A stretch of 64,000 nucleotides of DNA from the NCBI GenBank assembly GCA_049570475.1, contig CP186953.1, positions 864,001 through 928,000 on the forward strand. Reading direction: 5' to 3'. The stretch is from Candidatus Methanosuratincola verstraetei (lineage in GTDB: Archaea > Thermoproteota > Methanomethylicia > Methanomethylicales > Methanomethylicaceae). This document shows positions 56,252 to 64,000 of this stretch, in pieces (the first letter of the stretch is position 1; every line of letters begins with the position of its first letter). Made by a program: the position numbers and the translations under genes. The notes under the pieces were generated by a model. That model saw nothing but the letters and a program-made list of their open reading frames with translations. It had not been told where the DNA came from and did not search any database.

Positions 56252-57443
56252 TCTCCATCACCCTTGACACCGCCTCGCGCAGCTCGGCTACCGTCGTCTT
56301 CATTCCCGCGGTTGACGGGACGTAGTGTGCAGCCTTGCACGAGTCCGTCACCATGTGCCTGAAGCCTGCCCTTTCGAGAGGGCAGACTACCATGCATGTG
56401 TCGGTGAAGACCATCCCTCCAGCCTCCTCAATCGTGCGGACATGACCAGTCCTCTCGCCCTCTTCCCTGACCTTCTTCGAGGTCCAGACCCATAGTGCCT
56501 TGCCATGGGCGACTCTTCTCCCCTTCACCAGCCTTGCCACCTCCTCCAGCTCTTCAAGGCTGCAGTGGGGGCAGCCGATGCAGCAGAGATCCGGTTCGCC
56601 GTCGCAAGTGAGCGCTTCGCGGCAATCCTCAAGGTCGCGTGCCCCTACCGCCACCCGCTCCAGCCCTCTGCACTGCCACCTCCCGGCCTCGGGTGTGACC
56701 CCGGGGATGTGGAACATCGCGATCCCTCCAGATGCCGCGAGGGCTGCGGACATAATCTTGAGATCGTCTCGGTCAGCACGGCGTATCCCTTCGAAGAGCG
56801 GCACCCCGCTGCCGACCCTCCTGCCGACCGCATACCCAAGAAGGCTGAAATCGTGCCTCGTCCTCAACTCCGCCTGCACATCGATAATCACCGTCGGCGC
56901 CCGGTTCTCCTCCAGGTGGAGCCCGTACATGGGGGTCCTCCCTACGATGGCTGCTGCGAGCGCGGATGGGCCCCCCTCCCTGTTCGTCCTCGCCCCTATC
57001 ACAGAGTTCGCGTAGCAGACGGCAGACGACTCGGACCAGGCTATGTGATCCCCCTCCTTCGGGAGGTTTCCTACCAGGTAGGGGGTGCATGTGCAGGTCG
57101 TGCTCACGCCCATCCTCCTGAAAGCCTCGATGATCCTCAGCTGCTTCGCGCGGTAGGACCCGTCAACCCCCATCTCCTTCCACCTTTCCAGGTCCATTCC
57201 GCATGGGTTGAGCGTGGTCGGGACCCTCACCCTGGCTCCATTCTCGGCCCAGTCCTCCAAGAGCTGGAGCCCAGCATCCCCTATGTTCCCGTATGAGACC
57301 CCGGAGACCTGGGAACTAGTGACCCTAACCATCCTCTCCGCGCCCATGACCTCCCCGATAGCCACGAGGAGCTCCATCGCCTTCTTCGCCGCAGCCCCTT
57401 CCCTGCCGTTGAGAATCCCTTCCTCCTCGCTGTCCAGATGCAA
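56241..57443 (-). CDS. Aconitase X catalytic subunit (phosphomevalonate dehydratase large subunit, DUF521)
   Basis: TLNP, TCTCTPY, WSESSAV..NS..GARTNREGG, IGCPHCS, DTCMVV. Confidence 0.9.
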   Translation of the reverse strand: MHLDSEEEGILNGREGAAAKKAMELLVAIGEVMGAERMVRVTSSQVSGVSYGNIGDAGLQLLEDWAENGARVRVPTTLNPCGMDLERWKEMGVDGSYRAKQLRIIEAFRRMGVSTTCTCTPYLVGNLPKEGDHIAWSESSAVCYANSVIGARTNREGGPSALAAAIVGRTPMYGLHLEENRAPTVIIDVQAELRTRHDFSLLGYAVGRRVGSGVPLFEGIRRADRDDLKIMSAALAASGGIAMFHIPGVTPEAGRWQCRGLERVAVGARDLEDCREALTCDGEPDLCCIGCPHCSLEELEEVARLVKGRRVAHGKALWVWTSKKVREEGERTGHVRTIEEAGGMVFTDTCMVVCPLERAGFRHMVTDSCKAAHYVPSTAGMKTTVAELREAVSRVMENGR

Positions 57444-57504
57444 TGCGATGCCCCCAAATCGCTTACACATTCTTTCCCAAACTATGCCCGCCACTCAGCC
57501 CCCT

Positions 57505-58839
57505 CTATTGCCTTTCCGCCGCCCTCTCACCCCTAGTAGCCTCAGGTATCGCGGCCCGCAAGAATTTCTCCTTTGGCTTGCTCCAGGGGATGGTTGCGTC
57601 GATCGCGAGCTTTGCCGTCAGTATGTTGGTCTGGTCTGATGAAGGGTCAAGCGTCGAGCCCCTCGCCCCCTCAATCAGTGTGAGATCACTGTCCCCTTGG
57701 AACCTGGTGGCGATCGCCCATTCCACTTCCTCGGGACTGTCGATGTCCACGTCCTCGTCAACCACTACGACATGCTTGAGGCTGGGGTTTGATCCGAGGG
57801 CTGCCATCGCCGCGTTCTTGCCGTCGCCGTCTGCCTGCTTCTTTATTGATACCACGGCGTGGAACCAGCAGCAGCCGCCTGGGGTGAGCCTCACGCCCTT
57901 GACCTTCGGGACTGCCTTCTGGATCGCCTCGTACATCCTGACTTCCTTGGGGATCCCCATCAGCAGCTTGTGCTCGCTCCCGCCCGGGAGCAGCGCCTGG
58001 TAGATCGCATCCCGCCTCCTCATCACCCTCTTGATCCTGACTACTGGCTGCTTCCTCACTATGTCGTAAGTCCCTGTTAGGTCGACGAAGGGTCCCTCGT
58101 CAGCAGTCTCGTCAGCACTTATCTCGCCCTCGAGTACGAACTCAGCGTCCCATGGGACGCTGATGTCCACGTCCGGGCACTTCACGACCTTCATCCTCCC
58201 CCCGAGCAGGGAGTTGGCTACCCAGAGCTCATTGACCCTGTAATCCGGCCCAGAGTTGACCCCTACCATGACTGCAGGGTGAGTCCCAATGACAATGGCG
58301 ACCTGGAGATCCTTGCCCAGCATCGCGGCGTCCTCCCTCATTGCGTAGAGGTGCCTCGGCACTATCCTTATGGCCAGCCTGTCCTTGCCTAGGACCAGCA
58401 TCCTGTGCACCGACGCGTTCTGGAAGCTGCCGTCCGCGCTCCTGGCTACCACTATGCCCGAGGTTATGTACTTCCCCGGATCCTTCTCGTAGTGCCTGAA
58501 GATCGGAAGCCCCTCCAAGTTCGGCGGCTCGGAAACCTCCATGACCGGTCCGCTTTCTACTAGCTCAGGCGGCTTTGGGTTCTGTACTGCCCAGGAAACC
58601 CTCCTGTAGTAAGTTTCCTTGTCTGCGCCTATTGCCCTGTATATCCTTTCGCGCGATCCGCAGACCCCAGCCGCCGCTTGGTAACTGTGCCCCTTCAGCC
58701 TCCTGAATACCAGGATCGGCCCCCCGTCGTGCCTCTTCATTATGGCGGCAGCCTCGTAATCTGTCGATACCTCCTCCTCGATCTCGAGCACTGCCCCAGC
58801 GGCGGCTCGTTCCGCCTCTATGAACTCCCTAAGACTCAA
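57505..58839 (-). CDS. UbiD-family decarboxylase (likely anhydromevalonate phosphate decarboxylase)
   Basis: EGPFVDLTGTYD, VDEDVDI, WAIATR; operon with AcnX; TTG start after GGAGGT. Confidence 0.88.
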   Translation of the reverse strand: MSLREFIEAERAAAGAVLEIEEEVSTDYEAAAIMKRHDGGPILVFRRLKGHSYQAAAGVCGSRERIYRAIGADKETYYRRVSWAVQNPKPPELVESGPVMEVSEPPNLEGLPIFRHYEKDPGKYITSGIVVARSADGSFQNASVHRMLVLGKDRLAIRIVPRHLYAMREDAAMLGKDLQVAIVIGTHPAVMVGVNSGPDYRVNELWVANSLLGGRMKVVKCPDVDISVPWDAEFVLEGEISADETADEGPFVDLTGTYDIVRKQPVVRIKRVMRRRDAIYQALLPGGSEHKLLMGIPKEVRMYEAIQKAVPKVKGVRLTPGGCCWFHAVVSIKKQADGDGKNAAMAALGSNPSLKHVVVVDEDVDIDSPEEVEWAIATRFQGDSDLTLIEGARGSTLDPSSDQTNILTAKLAIDATIPWSKPKEKFLRAAIPEATRGERAAERQ

Positions 58840-59059
58840 AAAATTGACCTCCAAGGCTGATATTAATCGGCATTGAGGGGCTAAATCCTTTTTGCAATTT
58901 CCGCATGCAAGCCTTCCTTTTATGCAATCAGGGCTATAATTCACACAAGCCGCCTCTGGCGCTTGGGGGCGGCGCAAGTTCCGATCTGCCCACTGGTGTA
59001 TGGATCATCCATAACCCCAATCCGACAGCGTTAAATCGCCCAAAACGGTCTTTTATCGC

Positions 59060-60982
59060 TTGGAGCAACCCCAGTTGAATTCCAAGTGGCGATACTTCCC
59101 TTATCCATCATTCAAGCCTAACCAAGAGGAGCTGCTTAGGGTAGTCTCCGAAGCGGTTGAGAAGCGGTCGCATGCAGTCGTGGACGGAGCAAGCGGTCTT
59201 GGAAAGACGGCTGGATCCCTTGCGGGGGCCCTCCAGGCGTGCAAGCCCGCGGGGCTCCGAATACTCTACGCCGCGAGGACCTACAAGGAGCTTGACAGGG
59301 TGATTGAAGAGCTTGCCGAGATAAGCAAGAGGGAGAAAGTGACGGGGATCTCGATCCGTGGGAGGGCGGAGATGTGCGTCAACGATGCCGTGCTCCGGCT
59401 GTCCAGGGACCCCAGAACGGTCTCCGAGCTCTGCTCTGACCTCATAAAGAGCAGGAAGTGCCCTTACCATGAGAACATTGAAGAGGAGGGCAAGACGGTG
59501 AAATACCTGATTGAAGATTTCCTCGAGTCCCCCACGGCTGCCTTCGACCTCATCTCCCAGTCCAAGGGGAATGAGCTCTGCCCGTACGATATGACCAAGC
59601 TCATTCTCCCGCACATGGACGTTGTGGCGCTTAGCTATGCCTACCTTTTCAACAGGGAGATCAGAGACACATTTGTGAAGCGCCTGGGGCAGTCTATATC
59701 CCAATACGTGGTGATACTCGACGAGGCGCACAACCTCCCAGAGACTGTCAACGAGTACGAGAGCGACAGGATCTCAGTCAGCTCAATACTGCTCTGCTCG
59801 AGGGAGGCTGACAACTACGGAAAGGCGGACGTCGTGAGGTTTGCAGAGTCGGTGCTCTCGATAGTCGAGGGTAAGGGTTTTGGCGAACATGTGGTGGACC
59901 TCAAGTCGGTCGCGGAGCAGGCACTGAAATCCGCGAGGGTTAGCGAATCATTGCCTATCTTCCTCGAGGAGGTCCACGAGTTCGGGGAGCGGATCAAGAT
60001 GGACCTGCTCTCGAAGGGGAGGATACCGAGGTCTTACATCCACCGCCTTGGAGAGTTCTTCCTCAGGGCGTACGAAACCTCGGGGAAGAAGGAATTCGTC
60101 CACATAATTCACAGCGAAGAAGGGGAGGGATCCAAGACCATCGAGATCGTCTCCCTCGACCCGAGGACCTCAACCTCTGATCTCATAAACGCCGCAGCCG
60201 CAACCGTGAGCATGTCCGGGACTCTTGAGGATATGGAGGCATACGCCTCTGTGATGGGGTTGCCTGCATCCACGGTCAAGACTGCCCTCCCTTCGCCCTT
60301 CAGCAGGGAACAGACTCTTGTGCTGGTCTGCCGGGGCGTCTCTACCCTTTACGACCAGCGCGGCAAGGAGTCCTACTCCACGATGGTGTCGAAGATCTCG
60401 GAGGTTGTTTCAAACACCCCTGGGAACACGGGCATTTTCTGCTCATCTTACGGGGTAATGGAGGGCCTGATCGAGGCTGGGATTGAGTCAGCGGTCGGGA
60501 AGCCCCTCTACGTGGAGCAGCAGAAGGTACGGTCGCTCGACCAGGACCGTCTCATCGAGGAGTACAAGTCGATGTCACGATCCGGTGGTGCAGTACTCCT
60601 CGGCGTCACTGGAGGGAGGTTCAGCGAGGGGGAGGACTATCCTGGGGACGAGATGAACTCTGTTGTGATAGTGGGGGTGCCTTACCCGAAGCCCACCGCG
60701 AAGGTCAACGCCCAAATAAGCTACTACGAGTCTATCTTCCCGGGGAGGGGGAGGGAGTACGCTTACACCATACCTGCGATGAGGAAGGCCTCTCAGGCAG
60801 CAGGCAGGCCGTTCAGGAACCTTGGGGACAGGGGCGTGGTCGTCTTCATGGACTACCGTTTCGCTTCGCCCTACCTGCGCCGCCTCCTTCCAGCCTGGAT
60901 CAGGGAGCGCATTATTCCTGTCGAGGACCGCAAGGGCATCCTCTCGCGCCTGATCAGCGACTTCTACAGGGGGAAAGGCTGA
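59060..60982 (+). CDS. xpd: XPD/Rad3-family Fe-S DNA helicase
   Basis: GLGKT, four Fe-S cysteines, DEAHN, SGTL, GRFSEG, QAAGR. Confidence 0.92.
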   Translation: MEQPQLNSKWRYFPYPSFKPNQEELLRVVSEAVEKRSHAVVDGASGLGKTAGSLAGALQACKPAGLRILYAARTYKELDRVIEELAEISKREKVTGISIRGRAEMCVNDAVLRLSRDPRTVSELCSDLIKSRKCPYHENIEEEGKTVKYLIEDFLESPTAAFDLISQSKGNELCPYDMTKLILPHMDVVALSYAYLFNREIRDTFVKRLGQSISQYVVILDEAHNLPETVNEYESDRISVSSILLCSREADNYGKADVVRFAESVLSIVEGKGFGEHVVDLKSVAEQALKSARVSESLPIFLEEVHEFGERIKMDLLSKGRIPRSYIHRLGEFFLRAYETSGKKEFVHIIHSEEGEGSKTIEIVSLDPRTSTSDLINAAAATVSMSGTLEDMEAYASVMGLPASTVKTALPSPFSREQTLVLVCRGVSTLYDQRGKESYSTMVSKISEVVSNTPGNTGIFCSSYGVMEGLIEAGIESAVGKPLYVEQQKVRSLDQDRLIEEYKSMSRSGGAVLLGVTGGRFSEGEDYPGDEMNSVVIVGVPYPKPTAKVNAQISYYESIFPGRGREYAYTIPAMRKASQAAGRPFRNLGDRGVVVFMDYRFASPYLRRLLPAWIRERIIPVEDRKGILSRLISDFYRGKG

Positions 60983-61079
60983 GCCCTCCGGGGCTTGTGC
61001 CTGCCGGCGCTGGCGAGGTGATTGTCGATGACGTATTGGCTGCGGTCTGAATCGATCCCTTTTGTAGGTGTAGGGGCTG

Positions 61080-61835
61080 ATGCGGGCTCTGGAGAAAGCG
61101 TCAAAAGCGGAATGCGAAATAGTTGGCGTGAAGGGGGGCAAAAAGCTGAACCGGGGAGGTACTCTGCAGACTGGCTGCGCTGATCTGGACTCGCTTCTAG
61201 ACGGAGGTCTGAAACCAGGCGAGGTTGTACTCGCCTTCGGTGAGCGGGGTGCCGGAAAGACATCGCTAGTATTCCAGACAGCCGCCTCTGCCGCCTCTTC
61301 CGGGTTTGGAAGCGTCATAATTTACTCAGAAGGGCGCCTACCTCTGCGCCGACTCTCAGAGATCTCGGGCGAAGGCTGGCAGCAGATGAGCGAAAGGATA
61401 TGGATCGTCGAGGTGAAGAGTTTCGAGGATCAGGACTCTGTGATCGAGATGCTGGAGACGAGCCTCCCGCCCGGCACGTCGTTGCTTGCGCTGGACTCGG
61501 CGACCGGGATGTACAGGGCTGAGCTCGGGGAACACGACGAAAATATAGTTGCCAACAAGATCCTCAACAGGCAGCTAGCGATAGTGAAGGACCTGGCAAG
61601 GAGGAGAGGCTTGGCGGTCCTGATCACCAGCGAGGTGAGGGATGTCCCTGATGGGAGCGGGGCGGTGCCTGTCGCCTCAGCGATACTCACTTACTGGTCC
61701 GACAGGGTACTGAGGCTGGAGCGGATCCACGGGGAGGTCAGGAAGGCGTTGCTTCTTAAGCCTCCCCCGAGGCGCGAGGCATTAATAAGGCTCACATCAA
61801 GAGGTTTCTCAGGAATGGGTACCGGAAATGACTGA
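61080..61835 (+). CDS. RadB-like RecA/RadA paralog
   Basis: TGCADLDSLLDGGL, GERGAGKT, LDS; no N-terminal RadA domain. Confidence 0.82.
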   Translation: MRALEKASKAECEIVGVKGGKKLNRGGTLQTGCADLDSLLDGGLKPGEVVLAFGERGAGKTSLVFQTAASAASSGFGSVIIYSEGRLPLRRLSEISGEGWQQMSERIWIVEVKSFEDQDSVIEMLETSLPPGTSLLALDSATGMYRAELGEHDENIVANKILNRQLAIVKDLARRRGLAVLITSEVRDVPDGSGAVPVASAILTYWSDRVLRLERIHGEVRKALLLKPPPRREALIRLTSRGFSGMGTGND

Positions 61836-62310
61836 CCTCCTCGCCCTTGCATTCTCCTCGTTCGTGATCATAATGCCTGCCTTCATTGCGAACTCGGTCC
61901 CGGTCCTGGCGAGAGGGCGCCACCCAATGGATTTAGGGAAGAAGATGGGGGACGGTCGTAGGGTGCTGGGAGACGGGAAGACATTCGAGGGATTTCTTGC
62001 CGGGCTATTTATGGGCACCCTGGCAGGGGCTTTGTTCGGCTACCCGATCCACTCCTTTCTCCTCGCTCTCGGCGCCCTCACGGGGGACATCCTCGGGGCA
62101 TTCATAAAGCGCAGGATCGGGATCGAGAGGGGGCACCCCGCCCCAATCCTCGACCAGCTGGACTTTGTGGCAGGGGCCCTGCTCTTCCTCTACCCTGTCT
62201 ACCAGGTCTCACTCGATCAAGTTGTATTCATCGTGGTGGTCACTCCGCCGATCCACCTGCTGACCAATTACATCGCCTACCGTTTGGGTCTTAAAAAGTA
62301 CCCGTGGTGA
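61828..62310 (+). CDS. carS: CDP-archaeol synthase
   Basis: PAFIANSVPV, DGRRVLGDGKTFEG, GDILGAFIKRR, LDQLDF. Confidence 0.93.
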   Translation: MTDLLALAFSSFVIIMPAFIANSVPVLARGRHPMDLGKKMGDGRRVLGDGKTFEGFLAGLFMGTLAGALFGYPIHSFLLALGALTGDILGAFIKRRIGIERGHPAPILDQLDFVAGALLFLYPVYQVSLDQVVFIVVVTPPIHLLTNYIAYRLGLKKYPW

Positions 62311-62322
62311 AAAAAGAATTAA

Positions 62323-62682
62323 TCAGTAGAGCTTTGCCCTGAGCAGGTACTCCATCAGTAACATTGCAATGAGGATCAGCGCCGTGCCAGCGACGAACTT
62401 GAGCTTCGAGCCCTCGAGATCAAATGATCTGTGCAGCGACCTTTCCAACAACACGAAGCCAAGCGTGCCCGCCAGGGTGAGGAAGAATATCACAAAGAAC
62501 TCTGTGGAGGTCTGGCTGCTGCTCGACCTGACCAGGAAACTTGTCCCTGTGCCCGTCGAGACCATGGCGCTCGGCTCCATCACGATCAGGTAGATCCCCC
62601 CGCTCGTGAGGAACATGGTGAAAATGGCAGCGAGATAAGCCAGGTTTCTCCTGGAGAACAACTCCCTGTACAAGCAAGCCAC
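62323..62682 (-). CDS. OST3/OST6-family (OSTC/DC2-like) 3-TM protein
   Basis: FLTSGGIYLIVMEP..SSQTSTE..GTLGFVLLERS..LRAKL parallels eukaryotic DC2 (FLITGGIIYDVIVEP..GQYIME..GGLGFIILDRS..MRMKL). Confidence 0.65.
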   Translation of the reverse strand: MACLYRELFSRRNLAYLAAIFTMFLTSGGIYLIVMEPSAMVSTGTGTSFLVRSSSSQTSTEFFVIFFLTLAGTLGFVLLERSLHRSFDLEGSKLKFVAGTALILIAMLLMEYLLRAKLY

Positions 62683-62823
62683 CGTCAGATGAGTGTCGCG
62701 GTTGCGTCTATTATTCTTATTGGTCCGCCCTAATATGTAAGGTATGTAAAATATAAAAAAATTATCATTTATGCGTCATACATGCATAAATTACATATAT
62801 AGCCGCGTAATGAGGGGTAGGCG

Positions 62824-64000
62824 GTGTCTCATATTCACCCCTCCAAGGACATAATTGGCTCAAAGAGCAGGCTAATCGCGGGGAAGCGTATAGCCCTAGG
62901 CATCTGCGGCAGCGTAGCGTGCATAAAGTCGCCCGAGATTGCCCGGGAGCTCATGCGCCACGGAGGGGATGTTTGGGTCGTAATGACCGATGCTGCCCGG
63001 CAATTGATCTCCCCAGACCTAATGGAGTGGGCGACCGGGAACCCTGTAGTAACCAGGCTAACAGGCGGGATTGAGCATGTGGCGCTTGGTCACGGGGGCG
63101 AGGGGAGCGCCGATCTTGTGCTTATCGCCCCAGCCACAGCGAACACAATCGGCAAGATGGCGGCAGGTATAGACGACACGCCGGTAACCTCTCTTGCGAC
63201 GACAGCGATAGGATCGGGCATCCCGATTATAGTTGCGCCCGCGATGCACGCGAGCATGTACCGACACCCTGCAGTCCTCGAGAACATCAAGAGGCTTCAG
63301 TCAATGGGGATACGTGTGCTGCTCCCGGAAATAGCTGAGGGAAAGGCAAAGCTAATCGATTGGAATGCGATTGTCGAGGAGGCTATCGCAGCCCTCCGCC
63401 CGAAGGACATGGCTGGGCTGAGGGTGCTCGTGACGTCCGGCCCGACGCGCACATATATGGACCGTATACGCTTCCTGACGAACTCGAGCTCAGGAAAGAT
63501 GGGGTTTGCATTCGCTGCCGAGGCTGCGGCGAGGGGCGCGGAGGTCACACTCATAACCGGTCCGGTTGATGCCCCAAAGTTGAATGCGAGGGTGATTTCG
63601 GTCGAGACCACCCGCGAGATGAGGGATGCCGTCATCAAGGAGCTCTCGGGTTCTGCCTACGACCTGCTTGTGATGGCTGCTGCCCCGTTGGACTTCGAGT
63701 TCGACCGATCATTCGACGGGAAGATCTCGAGCGAAGCCCCGATAGACCTGAAGCTCGTCCCAGTTCCCAAGATCCTTGCAGAGGCTAAGCGGGCATCCCC
63801 CCGCACTTTTGTCATTGGCTTCAAGGCTGAATACGGGCTTACTAAGGATGAGCTGGTGTCCAGGGCACTCGCAAGGCTTACCGGTTCAGGGTGCGACATG
63901 ATTGTCGCAAATGACCTCTCACTCCCGGGCAGGGGTTTCATGTCTGAGACCAACGAGACATACATTGTTTTCCCCGAAGGCTCGACTTCCCACGTGCCGC
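62824..64000 (+). CDS. coaBC: Phosphopantothenoylcysteine decarboxylase/synthetase, 3'-partial
   Basis: Translated from GTG 62824: HPSKDI..GICGSVA, APATANTIGK, PAMH, TSGPT..NSSSGKMG, GFKAE, VAND; absent from the ORF track, probably because it has no stop in the window. Confidence 0.93.
   Translation, partial: MSHIHPSKDIIGSKSRLIAGKRIALGICGSVACIKSPEIARELMRHGGDVWVVMTDAARQLISPDLMEWATGNPVVTRLTGGIEHVALGHGGEGSADLVLIAPATANTIGKMAAGIDDTPVTSLATTAIGSGIPIIVAPAMHASMYRHPAVLENIKRLQSMGIRVLLPEIAEGKAKLIDWNAIVEEAIAALRPKDMAGLRVLVTSGPTRTYMDRIRFLTNSSSGKMGFAFAAEAAARGAEVTLITGPVDAPKLNARVISVETTREMRDAVIKELSGSAYDLLVMAAAPLDFEFDRSFDGKISSEAPIDLKLVPVPKILAEAKRASPRTFVIGFKAEYGLTKDELVSRALARLTGSGCDMIVANDLSLPGRGFMSETNETYIVFPEGSTSHVP

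Noticed and set aside
54920-57639. Long plus-strand ORFs opposite the HD and AcnX genes
   Set aside because: Antisense shadows caused by high GC3 in the real genes
1-64000. CRISPR array, rRNA, or defence system
   Set aside because: No regularly spaced repeats, rRNA-like sequence, or cas/RM genes observed

Overview
Archaeal chromosomal window, most likely from a TACK-lineage anaerobe. Cren7, short helicase-less XPF, UPF0147, ArnR-like regulators, CarS and the AcnX/UbiD mevalonate genes suggest Methanomethylicia/Verstraetearchaeota, but this is inference. Left part (1-14.6 kb): end of an Mrp/hydrogenase-type membrane subunit, gcvPA/gcvPB, a ribophorin-I-like protein, a sugar epimerase, tRNA-Gln, a dolichol-kinase-like protein, a ferritin-like protein, Cren7, a secreted papain-family protease, a nitrilase, Trm112 and a PAS/GAF histidine kinase. 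Centre (15.3-38.8 kb): a complete archaellum locus (arlB, arlCDE-like, G, F, H, I, J, an ArlX-like protein) joined to a chemotaxis locus (cheR, D, C, Y, W, MCP, cheA, MinD, cheB). It also holds two mosaic ArnR-like regulators and a chemoreceptor split inside its HAMP domain. No cheF is visible, and a shared pseudo-palindromic motif sits upstream of most motility promoters. Right part: glnA, SOR/Prx/Ogg oxidative-stress genes, a truncated PEP-synthase fragment, an Fe-S gene pair, a SipW-type peptidase operon with three paralogous TasA/bundling-pilin-like substrates beside tRNA-Leu, then housekeeping genes (suhB, XPF, tmk, HD protein, archaeal MVA genes, XPD, RadB-like, carS, OSTC-like, partial coaBC). 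All calls come from reading motifs by eye; no searches were run.
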